Shown here piece after piece: positions 9,258-18,855 of a DNA stretch of 64,000 bases. This stretch comes from a virus. Under the pieces are notes generated by a model that was given only the letters and a program-made list of their open reading frames with translations, made no database searches and was not told where the DNA came from. How positions within the stretch are numbered: the stretch's first letter is position 1; each line of letters begins with the position of its first letter. Location: IMG/VR virus record IMGVR_UViG_3300030108_004965, positions 64,001 through 128,000 of that record; one strand, written 5' to 3'. The translations under genes were made by a program, and so were the position numbers.

Positions 9258-9314
9258 TCATAAGTCCTCCCTGTCTAAAGTAAATAGAGGGCGAATCAAT
9301 CATTTGGAAGATTT

Positions 9315-12300
9315 TTAATATTTCTCTATGTCCATAAATACTTTGGGTGCCCCATCATACCAATCAGCGCCGATGTGAATTTCCCTCTTAAGTGGTCGAT
9401 AAAAGTCCCTTAATGCATCTTGTAATTTTATAGCGGCTTGCTTTGAGTCCACTTCGAACACATATTCATCTTGAAGAACCTGAAAGTCCCTAGGAATGTC
9501 CTCAGCACTAAAAACGTCGTGCTTGCCTTCTATAAAAATCTCTAGTTCATTTGCAGCCATCATATAGATTCCATAAATTATACTTTCTGGGTTTTCAAAT
9601 TCTAGCATCAAATCGTGATACGGCTCATTTTTATTTTTTGAATACTCATCACCTAGAACTTCCATAATCATCGAGGTCAAATAGTTTCTATCAAGTTTTA
9701 TTTTCCCTTCATTGGCCTTCTTTTTTCCCTCAACAGCCAAATAAACCAACAGCGCTTGACTCGGTAGGTCTCTTAATGTTCCCTCCAATAGTTGTTCGAA
9801 TCTCATTGCTAACAAATGACCTTTGCTTTCACTCCAAGAGCGAACATCAATCTCGAAAGACACCCTCATCCTCATCTTATAGTTACCCATTCCTCCTAAT
9901 CTTAGTCTAGGATTGGAAATTTTACTGTATTTTATGTCAAGGCGAGTTGGTCTAGTTATTCTTTCTGGTATTGCATTATAAAGAAGTTGCTTGAACCCTT
10001 GGGACTCACCAAATTCCCTTGCTTCTCTAAAGATATCCGGATTTGCCTTTCTCCATTCTTCTGCTTTATCTGTTTCTTTTGTTTGTAAAATCACTTGGAG
10101 GTTTAAGGTAATTATAGCCACTGCTCCGGGCTTATCAACAGGCCCCGTCATTCCGCTATATGACAGAGAGGCTCTAAAAACATTTGTCTGGTTATTAATT
10201 GGGGCATTAGTTTCAATCTTCTCAGTGTAATACCCATCTCTGATTTGTTCTTTCATTGCCTCCCAAGACTCAATAGCCGGTCTTGGCTTGGTTCTCGCGC
10301 CAATACCTTGAATGAAAGCATCAATCCTTTTATCTAAATCTTTTTCGTCGTCCTCTTCTCCGTACATATGCTGAAAGGCATCTTTATCCAGTTCTGGATT
10401 CCCAGTAGCATTAAAAAACTCTGTTATGGAAGGCCAATATTTTTCTTTCGGCAGAGTGTTTGCTTTTCCGAGGACTTGAAGAATTTTATTCTCATCTTTA
10501 TTGTATTCAAGGGTTACATGATATCTCATTTTCCCCCCTTCACTAGTTGACATAAGATTGTATAAAGTGTTTCCGATCCCAGATGCAGAACCACAATTAG
10601 ACATTTCTGCTTGAGTTATTTCACAATAGTCTGTCTCGGTGCTATGCCAGAACATTCCATCATCTAGTCTCAAGAAAACACAAGGTTGACCAGCCTCCAC
10701 ATCACCACAATCTTTAAAATATTCTTCATTATAATCTACACTGAAGCCTCTTAGCCCTTCAATATATTCATCTAGGGGCAAATCTTTATTTGTATCCAGC
10801 CAATCATTAAGTTTTTGAGCAGCATCTTTACCAGTGCCTCTTATGCTTTTTGCATAACGAAATAAATAACCCACATCTTTTTGAAAAGTCTCAAAGACTT
10901 CTATTGCGTTATCTTGAAATTCACGTTCAACTCGATCAATTATGCCCTTAACAACCAGTTCTACCCGTTTGAACCCAACAGTATTATTTTTGTTCCATTT
11001 TACCAATTGTTTTTTTATTGATTTTAGTGTTTTATTTAAATATCTCATTAGTGGCATGTTGCTATTTGGATTAGCCTCGGCAATTTGACGAGATTGAAAC
11101 GAAACCTCTTTTCTCCTCGCCCTTCCAAAATAAAAAGGATCTCTTGCCAAAGACTTCACCTTTACATACAGATCGAGAAATTTTTGTTCTTCTTTTATTT
11201 TTGTTTCAAAATCAGCAATCTGCTCATCCTTTTCTTCTTGTGGAAAATCAATGAGAGGTGCTTCTTTTATACCTTCGATATACTTTTTGTAAGTTGCGAT
11301 CTTATTCTCATGAAGCCTTTCGCCACTTTCGGATAGGTCTATACTATAAATCCCAGCAGAGGTGATAAAGCGAACGGGTCTAATTCTTGAAATGTTTGCT
11401 GTCCTCAAGAAAACCTTAGAAAAAGCTTCTTGAAATGGCTCTTTCACGGAACCTTTTATCGAGTTGGTAAGGATTTTAAGTTCCGGAGGCCATTGATCCT
11501 CCCATCCTTCTTGCAGGACCTCATCGCCCCGCGATTCGCGCCCAAAATTTTCCTCATTTAACTCATTGAATTGGTCATAATTCGCCAAAATATTTTGAAA
11601 AACAAGTAGCGCAACCTGTCGGTACATTTCATAATAAATCGTACTATTATAGCGCCCTTTAATACTATCCCACTTTCCGAGTTCAGTAAAAGGTAATCCA
11701 ATTTTATCATCGTTCAACCACCTTTTGAGTTTATCTCCTAACTCAGGACGTGTAAGAGCATAGTCTAATATGGCAACAGTGCCTTTGTCAGAGATTGCAA
11801 AAGTAAGTCCGTGGTCATAGGAGTTACCCTCATCATTGACAATTCTTTGGAGTAATTCTTTATCCATTTCTAAATCATCAGCAAACTCAAATGCTTGCTT
11901 CACGTTACCGGAGGAAACTAGTCCAAACAATTTTTCCATAATACCTTCATCTTCACTCTCTTCTTCCCTAAGCACCTCGTTGATCATTTTATAAAGATAG
12001 TTACGGTCAATCTTTTCGTTGATATCACCAGATTCAGACCATCCAGTAAATTTTTTGATTTGCTCGGGGACTTCTTCTTTAGATAGGTTTCCGCCCATTG
12101 GAATGTAAGTGCCACGATCACTAGCAATCTCCATTGTAATTTTTCCGGGAGAAAGGGATTCAATAGTTGGAATCTCACCAGAACCATCGTCAGGGTTCAT
12201 AAATATCCATGGGTCGGATGGGTGATCGACATTGTTCCCTTCAAACCAAAATGTAAAAATCAATTTTTTATTCCGAGGCAAAGGAACACTTAATCTAGTA

Positions 12301-13766
12301 TCCCCATTGTCACTGTTAAATACAAACTCTTGGTCTCTTGGGGGAGTAACACCAAAAACTTCCGTAAATTCGTTGTGTAAATCGTAACCTATTTCGATAA
12401 GTTCTTTGCCCGGTTCATCGGCGTTATAAATAATGTTTTTTGCTACGATGTTACGCAATTCATCTATTTGTCCATCTGTTAGATCGAAGTATTCGTGCAT
12501 TTCCCACGCTTGCATTGCATTGCCCTCACCTTCTTGTTGGGCAAGATCCATTAGTTTTTGGAATTCTTCGTTGGACTCGTTTTCTTTCAAGGGATTTTTT
12601 CCTCTGCGAATGTCCCACGACGCATATGGCCTTGCGGGAGCATTAGCGTAAGGTAGTTGACCATCACTTGGAGGTTCGGTAAGTTGAGCGGAGAACATTA
12701 ATTGAAAAGCGAATGCATATCCCTCACGCCATTTTTCGTTTGGGTGGTTTTCTGTCGCTTTCTGGATGTAAGCCCGTAATCCTTTGGCGGATTGCTTTTC
12801 TCCTTTTCGAGCAAGCCGTTTTGCATCGCGATTCCCCTGTATGTGACCCCTAACCCAAGGAGAAGGTGTATTATTACGAGATTCTTCCAAACCAATGGCG
12901 CTGAATACACCACGTCGAAAATTGGATTTTAAATATTTGTTTGGGTTTTTAAGAAACCGTCGTTGCTGGGAGTGTTTAAGGATCTTGTCAACAAAACTAA
13001 GCAATTTTATTTTATCGGCTATCAATTGAACATCTTCTTCTTTGTTACCAGAAAAACTCCATACCTGACTGTTTACCCATTCATCGAACTCTGGCAGGGG
13101 TGGTGGTGGCTTTTCGCGATCTTTGATTATTTGACTCTCACTGGATTTGAAATATAATTTTGGTAGTTGCATGTCTGCTTCAAGATTTAGGATAAGCCTA
13201 ACGTCATTTGTCAAACTGCTTCTGGATTCACGCGATCTGTAATCCATAAAAAGTCTGGGAGCGATTGACACTCCGGCAGCGGTATTGTCATCTTCCATGT
13301 TGCCTTCCCAAGCAATAACATCGTATTTTCTCTGCGCGTTCCGAACCACGGGATCCGTAACAATGCTTTTCATAAATGTTACGACGTCGCTGTCTGTAGG
13401 TTGTGCTACGTAGCCGGTTTCGTCAGCTTCCGGTTCCGGTTGCACACCAATTAATTCGCCCTCTTCATCGTAACCTCTTTGTCCAATGTTGTATGCTCTC
13501 ACTGGATCTATGTCACTTCTTGCTCTTACGTAACTAGCAAGGAATCCATCTGGGGTGTTTGCTATTGCTTGTAATAGTTCATCTGCCTGTTGAATGTTAT
13601 CTGGGTCGCCTGTATTCAACAAATTATTAATAAATTCAAAATCGTCTTCATCAACCCCTGTTAATTTAATCCCTAGTCTGTTAGCCCATTCTTCAATTGA
13701 ACTGGGAATGTATCGGTCGAACGCCTCTTGTACCATTTCCATTAAGAGTTTCGATGTTACTTTCAT
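9315..13766 (-). CDS. large multidomain hypothetical protein (1483 aa), possible internal head protein
   Basis: Internal repeats KIDRNYLYKMINEVLREE / KLDRNYLTSMIMEVLGDE; PcfJ-like segment HVTLEY...ILQVLGKANTLP. Confidence 0.65.
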   Translation of the reverse strand: MKVTSKLLMEMVQEAFDRYIPSSIEEWANRLGIKLTGVDEDDFEFINNLLNTGDPDNIQQADELLQAIANTPDGFLASYVRARSDIDPVRAYNIGQRGYDEEGELIGVQPEPEADETGYVAQPTDSDVVTFMKSIVTDPVVRNAQRKYDVIAWEGNMEDDNTAAGVSIAPRLFMDYRSRESRSSLTNDVRLILNLEADMQLPKLYFKSSESQIIKDREKPPPPLPEFDEWVNSQVWSFSGNKEEDVQLIADKIKLLSFVDKILKHSQQRRFLKNPNKYLKSNFRRGVFSAIGLEESRNNTPSPWVRGHIQGNRDAKRLARKGEKQSAKGLRAYIQKATENHPNEKWREGYAFAFQLMFSAQLTEPPSDGQLPYANAPARPYASWDIRRGKNPLKENESNEEFQKLMDLAQQEGEGNAMQAWEMHEYFDLTDGQIDELRNIVAKNIIYNADEPGKELIEIGYDLHNEFTEVFGVTPPRDQEFVFNSDNGDTRLSVPLPRNKKLIFTFWFEGNNVDHPSDPWIFMNPDDGSGEIPTIESLSPGKITMEIASDRGTYIPMGGNLSKEEVPEQIKKFTGWSESGDINEKIDRNYLYKMINEVLREEESEDEGIMEKLFGLVSSGNVKQAFEFADDLEMDKELLQRIVNDEGNSYDHGLTFAISDKGTVAILDYALTRPELGDKLKRWLNDDKIGLPFTELGKWDSIKGRYNSTIYYEMYRQVALLVFQNILANYDQFNELNEENFGRESRGDEVLQEGWEDQWPPELKILTNSIKGSVKEPFQEAFSKVFLRTANISRIRPVRFITSAGIYSIDLSESGERLHENKIATYKKYIEGIKEAPLIDFPQEEKDEQIADFETKIKEEQKFLDLYVKVKSLARDPFYFGRARRKEVSFQSRQIAEANPNSNMPLMRYLNKTLKSIKKQLVKWNKNNTVGFKRVELVVKGIIDRVEREFQDNAIEVFETFQKDVGYLFRYAKSIRGTGKDAAQKLNDWLDTNKDLPLDEYIEGLRGFSVDYNEEYFKDCGDVEAGQPCVFLRLDDGMFWHSTETDYCEITQAEMSNCGSASGIGNTLYNLMSTSEGGKMRYHVTLEYNKDENKILQVLGKANTLPKEKYWPSITEFFNATGNPELDKDAFQHMYGEEDDEKDLDKRIDAFIQGIGARTKPRPAIESWEAMKEQIRDGYYTEKIETNAPINNQTNVFRASLSYSGMTGPVDKPGAVAIITLNLQVILQTKETDKAEEWRKANPDIFREAREFGESQGFKQLLYNAIPERITRPTRLDIKYSKISNPRLRLGGMGNYKMRMRVSFEIDVRSWSESKGHLLAMRFEQLLEGTLRDLPSQALLVYLAVEGKKKANEGKIKLDRNYLTSMIMEVLGDEYSKNKNEPYHDLMLEFENPESIIYGIYMMAANELEIFIEGKHDVFSAEDIPRDFQVLQDEYVFEVDSKQAAIKLQDALRDFYRPLKREIHIGADWYDGAPKVFMDIEKY

Positions 13767-14037
13767 ATTAAAATCTCCAAAATTTTTTTTGAGAATATTT
13801 TCGTCACTCTAAATAGTGCCTCAGTGATCTAATTTGGGGAAATTTGAAATCTGGGAAATTTTGTGGGGAGTATTTATGTATCTCGCTTCGCTCGTTGCGC
13901 AAATGGCAACATGAAGAACTTATTTCGACCTCTCCATGACCTCCACCACTAGGGGGGAGGGGGGAGCATGTGCGCACAAACGCAAAGCAAAAAAAAACCT
14001 GCTCAAAAATGAACAGGCTTCTCTACACACTCGATGC

Positions 14038-14634
14038 TTACGCAGGATTAGAAGGTATCCACATATCTCCGAACGCTTCATTCATTTCAGCAACCAGCCA
14101 ATCTGGCTTAGTGGGATCTTCGAGAGTGCCGACACGAGAAGCAGGCTTCTGATAAGGTCGAGGAGCCGGGGCTTTACCACGCTTACGCTCAGACTTAGGA
14201 CGCTCGGTGAGATAGGTATCGAACTCCCAGCCTACATCCTCGGCACCATCGATAGCAACGAGCATCTCGTTAACACCGCGAGTACGGGAGATGATGGACT
14301 CTTGCATCTGCTTGACCAGCGGACGGGCTTCATAGAGAGCGTCCAGAGGGTCGGCAGAACGGGCATCCAAACCATCAATCATTGCAAGCGCGGTGTTCTC
14401 GGAAGCCTCGGCAACACGGGACATCCAAGCCTCACGGGAGATAGTGCCGGAGGAGAGGACAACATCGGTAGCCTCGGAGAAGTCGGTAACACGGACACGA
14501 ACGCGCTCACCTACACGACCGACAACATCGCAGAAGCCGATGGAAGGGTGATAAGCAAGAGTACCAATGGCCGGAATGCGCGAGCCTCTGGGGGTTGTAA
14601 CGAAAGAAGGAGAGTTGTTAGTTGAGTTAGGCAT
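14038..14634 (-). CDS. hypothetical protein (198 aa)
   Basis: Start moved to MPNSTNN after GGAGG RBS; the longer ORF-track start overlaps the promoter. Confidence 0.7.
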   Translation of the reverse strand: MPNSTNNSPSFVTTPRGSRIPAIGTLAYHPSIGFCDVVGRVGERVRVRVTDFSEATDVVLSSGTISREAWMSRVAEASENTALAMIDGLDARSADPLDALYEARPLVKQMQESIISRTRGVNEMLVAIDGAEDVGWEFDTYLTERPKSERKRGKAPAPRPYQKPASRVGTLEDPTKPDWLVAEMNEAFGDMWIPSNPA

Positions 14635-14733
14635 GAAGCCTCCTATGGAAAAGGGTAGAGAACCATTCCCGACCCTGTACATATAATGTATCATATTAGA
14701 ATAAAGATTGCAAGGAAAAAATAAAAGAGTTGA

Positions 14734-14748
14734 GGACATAAAATGTCC
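14734..14748. promoter_or_regulatory. palindromic operator GGACA-W5-TGTCC
   Basis: GGACATAAAATGTCC ~20 bp upstream of TTGCAA-N17-TACATT promoter. Confidence 0.75.
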
Positions 14749-14760
14749 TATTTGTATGGT

Positions 14761-14871
14761 CTAAGTCTCATCATTGTAGAACTCCATGAGATGGTAGGCT
14801 TCACAAATAAGGAAGCCTAACAGGGTTGAAAGGAAAAAAACGATAGTAACATCAAAAGGGGTAATAATCAT
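14761..14871 (-). CDS. small membrane peptide (36 aa)
   Basis: Manual ORF MIITPFDVTIVFFLSTLLGFLICEAYHLMEFYNDET, GGAGG RBS. Confidence 0.5.
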   Translation of the reverse strand: MIITPFDVTIVFFLSTLLGFLICEAYHLMEFYNDET

Positions 14872-14883
14872 GTAACCTCCAGA

Positions 14884-15270
14884 TTATTGTCTAAGGTGCG
14901 CTACGTAGGCGGCAGTTGCGAGTTCACAGCCAACACCGTTCTTAGCGTAGTGACGGGCGGTCTGGGCATTAGCAACGTCCATGCGAACAACCTGTGAACC
15001 AGCGTGTATCTCGACATAGTACTGACCTGAGGGAGACACGAAGGGCACGGCCTTATAGGTGTAAGTTGTTTCATCAACTTTGTTAGGGGCGCGACCTTCT
15101 GAAATAGCCCGTGCAGACGCGATGTTAGCACACGCTACAACCTCGGAGCGGTTGGGACGGACAGCCCAGATAGTTGGAACCATACGATTGAGAGGTCGTT
15201 CTAGACCTTCGACATGTACGGGGGTGAAAAGAGTTCCTTCGAAGTAAGTAGAGTTTGAAATGGTAGTCAT
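14884..15270 (-). CDS. hypothetical protein (128 aa)
   Basis: ORF with GGAGG RBS and own promoter. Confidence 0.75.
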   Translation of the reverse strand: MTTISNSTYFEGTLFTPVHVEGLERPLNRMVPTIWAVRPNRSEVVACANIASARAISEGRAPNKVDETTYTYKAVPFVSPSGQYYVEIHAGSQVVRMDVANAQTARHYAKNGVGCELATAAYVAHLRQ

Positions 15271-15344
15271 AAGACCTCCGGAAATGAAAACAGAACCATT
15301 CTGCCTTCTTGTATATAATGTATCATATTGAGAGAGAAATGCAA

Positions 15345-15359
15345 GGACATTATTTGTCC
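15345..15359. promoter_or_regulatory. palindromic operator GGACA-W5-TGTCC
   Basis: GGACATTATTTGTCC abutting -35 (TTGCAT) of a TGaTACATT promoter. Confidence 0.75.
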
Positions 15360-15880
15360 GTTTTTTGATAACGCCCGAATGGTCGGTTCTTTGGAGGAAT
15401 AAAATTTCCTTCTGGATTAAAAGATTGTACGCGCCATCCGTATCGGTTGCCTCCTACAACCACGAGAGGATCGACGTATCCGCACTCTTGTTTATAGACA
15501 AGTTCGAGAGCATAAATATAATAACTGTTTAACTGAAGAATAGCACTACTGTAATCATCCCAGTCCCTCAGGACTTTCGCCTTCGCTACACGCCCGATGG
15601 CTAGGGACAACTTAGTGCCATTGATTTTATCGCTAGGTGTTCCGAATGGTCGGAGTTTTGCGATAGCCGCCGCATTGTCGTACAACCACTGAACCAACCA
15701 ACCGCATTGTTTCAACAACTTGGCTTCTACTTCCTCGATGAGCCGGGCTTCATCGGCATAGTTGTGAATGGAAACTTTGGAAAGTCTCTTCTTTCTCGAC
15801 CAGTCGAACCATTTATCGGTGTGGTGTGAAACGTCGGTATAATCGACCTTTGGGATAAACAGGGTTTTAAACTTCTTCAT
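15350..15880 (-). CDS. hypothetical protein (176 aa)
   Basis: ORF with GGAG RBS and TTGACA/TGaTACAAT promoter. Confidence 0.75.
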   Translation of the reverse strand: MKKFKTLFIPKVDYTDVSHHTDKWFDWSRKKRLSKVSIHNYADEARLIEEVEAKLLKQCGWLVQWLYDNAAAIAKLRPFGTPSDKINGTKLSLAIGRVAKAKVLRDWDDYSSAILQLNSYYIYALELVYKQECGYVDPLVVVGGNRYGWRVQSFNPEGNFIPPKNRPFGRYQKTDK

Positions 15881-16039
15881 CGTAACTCCTTTGGTGAAGA
15901 TTGCTTATACCTATATTGTATCACGATGAGCCGATTTGTCAAATAAATAATGGTCTTTTGACATTCTCTTGACATTTGGCTATAAGCCCCGTGGCTCTAG
16001 GAGCGGAGCGACTTGGGTTTGGAGCGGCCTCCGGCTTAC

Positions 16040-16123
16040 ATAGTTATGTAAAGTTTTTTGTCCTCTCATAGTTATGTAAAGTTTTTACATTTAGAGACAT
16101 TTGTATAGTTATGTAAAGTTTTT
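16040..16123. repeat. iteron-like direct repeat cluster 1 (3 x ATAGTTATGTAAAGTTTTT)
   Basis: Identical 19-mers at 16040, 16068 and 16105 in non-coding DNA. Confidence 0.9.
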
Positions 16124-16631
16124 TGATCTCCTGCAAAACTTCGTTTTGTTACGCATGTAACGCTCGCACCTCACATATGACACACGTAACACGTAACACA
16201 CGCATTTTTTCACAAATGAAAAAACCTAATAAAATCGGGGGGTTAATGGTGGTTGCTCCTAAAGGATGTTACTCGGTTACGCTCGGTTTCTCCGTAACAC
16301 ATTGGCGGTTACGATTGTTGCACACTACTTACAGATGGAGTTTCGTCTATAATGCCCGTAGAGCCGAAGGCTTCGTGCTTATTACACCCATAATACCAGC
16401 ACACAGGCACACACAACACAGAAGCCGCACAATCACGCATAGAGGCTTCTAAAAGCCCTCTCCTATACGACACCCACACGCAACGCAGGAAACGTTCACA
16501 AACAGCATTTACAGCCTTCTATGAGCATCTGTGAACACATACAAGTTCGCTCCTGTGGGAGTGAAGTGGGCTTAGGGATGGGGGGTAGTAGAGTAGTAGA
16601 GTAGACCGGACGGGGATAGGGTAGGGGAGTA

Positions 16632-16829
16632 CTAGTGTAGAAGGCCGCAGGACAGGGGCTTTAATCGTTTACTCTCAGTCCAGAAAGGTTTTATTTTATG
16701 TAAGAATGAAACATAAACATCAAGACCGTAATCATAAAAGGGTTCTTCTGGTACAGTCCTGAGAACCAAGACCATTCTATGGCCGTCCAGCATAAGCAAG
16801 TCACCTGCTGTTATGTCATTCCAGTTCAT
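16632..16829 (-). CDS. KOW/SH3-like mini-protein (divergent GDL family)
   Basis: ITAGDLLMLDG...VLVLR...WTESKRLKPL. Confidence 0.6.
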   Translation of the reverse strand: MNWNDITAGDLLMLDGHRMVLVLRTVPEEPFYDYGLDVYVSFLHKIKPFWTESKRLKPLSCGLLH

Positions 16830-17010
16830 CTAACACCTCGTAGTATATAAGGAATGACGACCAGTTTGTTGTGTGGACATTATCATAACTACCGAACATT
16901 CTAACACGTAAGTGTTCTACTGTGATATCATTCGTTTCATTCTTTCCTACAACTTCAGCATGTCCATAGTTTCCTTTACTATCTCTCACCAATAACTTTT
17001 TATTTTTCAT
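16816..17010 (-). CDS. hypothetical protein (64 aa)
   Basis: Start MKNKKLL after GGAGG; ATGA overlap with upstream gene. Confidence 0.65.
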   Translation of the reverse strand: MKNKKLLVRDSKGNYGHAEVVGKNETNDITVEHLRVRMFGSYDNVHTTNWSSFLIYYEVLDELE

Positions 17011-17186
17011 GTGTCCTCCGATGTTTTCACTTTGATTAACCATTTATTTGAGTGGTTGCTTGTTACGCCATTTGCCCATTGTACAGCACTTGCGCCCGAA
17101 TGAGATACAGAACCCTCAACAACTCTTATCACGATACCTAGACAGTCTTTGCTTCCGCTGTATCGCACTAAATCTCCTACCTTCAT
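17007..17186 (-). CDS. KOW/SH3-like mini-protein (GDLV family, 59 aa)
   Basis: Manual ORF MKVGDLVRYSGSKDCLGIVIRV...VQWANG. Confidence 0.75.
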   Translation of the reverse strand: MKVGDLVRYSGSKDCLGIVIRVVEGSVSHSGASAVQWANGVTSNHSNKWLIKVKTSEDT

Positions 17187-17371
17187 AATGCCTCCAAATA
17201 ATCTTTGTGTACTCGCCTTGTCTCACCATCGCTCCATGTTACATACCATCCAAGATCCCATTCTCTAACCAGAACACCGACCTGCTCTCGATAGTCAACA
17301 TTGTCCATCTGCTCGTATTTCCTTCCAACGCACCATACCATCGTCCATTTAACTAAATCTCCTTTTTTCAT
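17183..17371 (-). CDS. KOW/SH3-like mini-protein (GDLV family)
   Basis: MKKGDLVKW...VGVLV...VTWSDG...YLEAL. Confidence 0.75.
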   Translation of the reverse strand: MKKGDLVKWTMVWCVGRKYEQMDNVDYREQVGVLVREWDLGWYVTWSDGETRRVHKDYLEAL

Positions 17372-17378
17372 TTTGTCC

Positions 17379-17552
17379 TCACGGGTTTGAGCATGCTATC
17401 AGTTCCATATCTTCATAGGAGCAAAGAACCGTTGTGTTGTCGAACAACTGGACAACAGCATACATTTCGCTTTCTGTGTCCTCCCAGTGGAGATCAATGA
17501 TGATCCCCATCTGGTCGATTATCTTGTCCTTTACCAAGTCTCCAATCTTCAT
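17379..17552 (-). CDS. KOW/SH3-like mini-protein (GDLV family, 57 aa)
   Basis: Manual ORF MKIGDLVKDKIIDQMGIIIDL...DMELIACSNP. Confidence 0.7.
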   Translation of the reverse strand: MKIGDLVKDKIIDQMGIIIDLHWEDTESEMYAVVQLFDNTTVLCSYEDMELIACSNP

Positions 17553-17713
17553 TCTATCTTCTCCAGTTCATCGCTTGCCCACACACACGGCACAGGATAG
17601 GCACAGCCAGTTAACAATGAGCGCACAACGTAGAGCGCAGGTCTAATCTCGATGACTACCGCCAGTTCACCGAACTCTTTATCAAGCACCAAGTCTCCAA
17701 CATTAAACATCAT
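17549..17713 (-). CDS. KOW/SH3-like mini-protein (GDLV family, 54 aa)
   Basis: Manual ORF MMFNVGDLVLDKEFGELAVVIEI...DELEKIE. Confidence 0.7.
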   Translation of the reverse strand: MMFNVGDLVLDKEFGELAVVIEIRPALYVVRSLLTGCAYPVPCVWASDELEKIE

Positions 17714-17937
17714 CACTTCCAAGTAGGCTGAAGAGTTTCAGTGCAGAAGGTCAGGTCTTTGTGAGTAATCCACTTGTCGATACCATCGAACAGTTCGAGA
17801 TCCCAAGTTCGCAACTTGACTTCTTTGCCTTTGGTGTCGGTAGCATCGACATAACTGTACCCTTGCGATATAACTATGAAGAGTTCTCCGGTGCGTTCGT
17901 GGCGAACCAAGTCGCCTGATTTAAGTCGTAATCTCAT
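17713..17937 (-). CDS. KOW/SH3-like mini-protein (GDLV family)
   Basis: LKSGDLVRHERTGELFIVIS. Confidence 0.7.
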   Translation of the reverse strand: MRLRLKSGDLVRHERTGELFIVISQGYSYVDATDTKGKEVKLRTWDLELFDGIDKWITHKDLTFCTETLQPTWK

Positions 17938-18116
17938 TTTGCCTCCAAAGCGTAGATTATTTCGTCGATTGCTTCATCAAGTTCGAGAAGGTCATGTGCC
18001 TCGTCTTGATTGGTTGTTGTTGATGTTCGATGGATTATCCATCGCTGGATTTGTACCAGTCTTTCGTAGTCAGGATTTTCAGTGTTGTTAAGGTATTGCC
18101 AAATCTTGTCAATCAT
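17934..18116 (-). CDS. hypothetical protein (60 aa)
   Basis: Start MIDKIWQY after AAGGA RBS, downstream of promoter. Confidence 0.65.
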   Translation of the reverse strand: MIDKIWQYLNNTENPDYERLVQIQRWIIHRTSTTTNQDEAHDLLELDEAIDEIIYALEAK

Positions 18117-18173
18117 CTTAGTTCCTTTTGTTGGGGTTATACTATATTGTATCACGTTGAGGGGAAAAGTCAA

Positions 18174-18188
18174 GGACAGAAAATGTCC
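18174..18188. promoter_or_regulatory. palindromic operator GGACA-W5-TGTCC
   Basis: GGACAGAAAATGTCC abutting TTGACT-N16-TACAAT. Confidence 0.75.
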
Positions 18189-18190
18189 GT

Positions 18191-18406
18191 TTATGCGATT
18201 TTTGTTATGCCTCGGAGTAGACCGAGTTTTGTAAAGACCTTTTCTTTTCCCTTGCCATAAACAGGGGATTTAATGACCTCAGTTGTGATGTAAGGCGCAC
18301 CATAACGGCTTGTATCGCAAGAAGTGCCCGTTACAATGAGAACCTCATTGCCTACGTTACATTCGTTAAGGAGAATGTCTCCTATTTTGATCTCGGTGAT
18401 GTTCAC
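18191..18406 (-). CDS. KOW/SH3-like mini-protein (divergent)
   Basis: IKIGDILLNEC...VLIVTG. Confidence 0.65.
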   Translation of the reverse strand: MNITEIKIGDILLNECNVGNEVLIVTGTSCDTSRYGAPYITTEVIKSPVYGKGKEKVFTKLGLLRGITKIA

Positions 18407-18465
18407 AGTGAACTCCTTTTGTTTGGGTTATATAAGTAATGTATCACGTTTTGAGAGTTTGTCGA

Positions 18466-18480
18466 GGACATAAAATGTCC
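18466..18480. promoter_or_regulatory. palindromic operator GGACA-W5-TGTCC
   Basis: GGACATAAAATGTCC abutting TCGACA / TGaTACATT promoter. Confidence 0.75.
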
Positions 18481-18482
18481 GT

Positions 18483-18761
18483 TTATGCAATCAGCCCAGC
18501 ATGTCGAGCCGCTTCGGGAAGCATAATACTTGATGGCTTGACTTCACGCTTGATAAGTCCAACGTGTTGAGAAGTTGTCATCGAGATGAAGTCACCGCCT
18601 GTCGCTGTGAAGTCATAGACAACGATACCGCTTGTTGTCCACTCGGCAATCTTGAGTTTGTAAGAATAAAGAGCAGTACCATCGGTAAAAAGGTTAAGGC
18701 CGAGAGCGTCGCGACCGTTGAGGAAAGAGTTGATTACTTGTTCGTTTGTTGGGATTGGCAT
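18483..18761 (-). CDS. hypothetical protein, paralog of 20207..20512
   Basis: TNEQVINSF...TDGTALYSYKLKIAE...VYDFTA...SMTTSQHVGLIK. Confidence 0.75.
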   Translation of the reverse strand: MPIPTNEQVINSFLNGRDALGLNLFTDGTALYSYKLKIAEWTTSGIVVYDFTATGGDFISMTTSQHVGLIKREVKPSSIMLPEAARHAGLIA

Positions 18762-18819
18762 TGTTGCCTCCATTGTTTGGGTTACATATATAATGTATCA
18801 CGTTTTAAGGTTTTGTCGA

Positions 18820-18834
18820 GGACATTTTATGTCC
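18820..18834. promoter_or_regulatory. palindromic operator GGACA-W5-TGTCC
   Basis: GGACATTTTATGTCC abutting TCGACA / TGaTACATT promoter. Confidence 0.75.
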
Positions 18835-18855
18835 GTTTTTGTTTAGTCTCGAACA

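Noticed and set aside
13936-14625. 229-aa plus-strand ORF; likewise 19099..19629, 21449..22024 and other plus-strand ORFs
   Set aside because: These are antisense shadows of minus-strand genes that have RBSs and promoters. They show no recognisable motifs, and all supported genes are on the minus strand.
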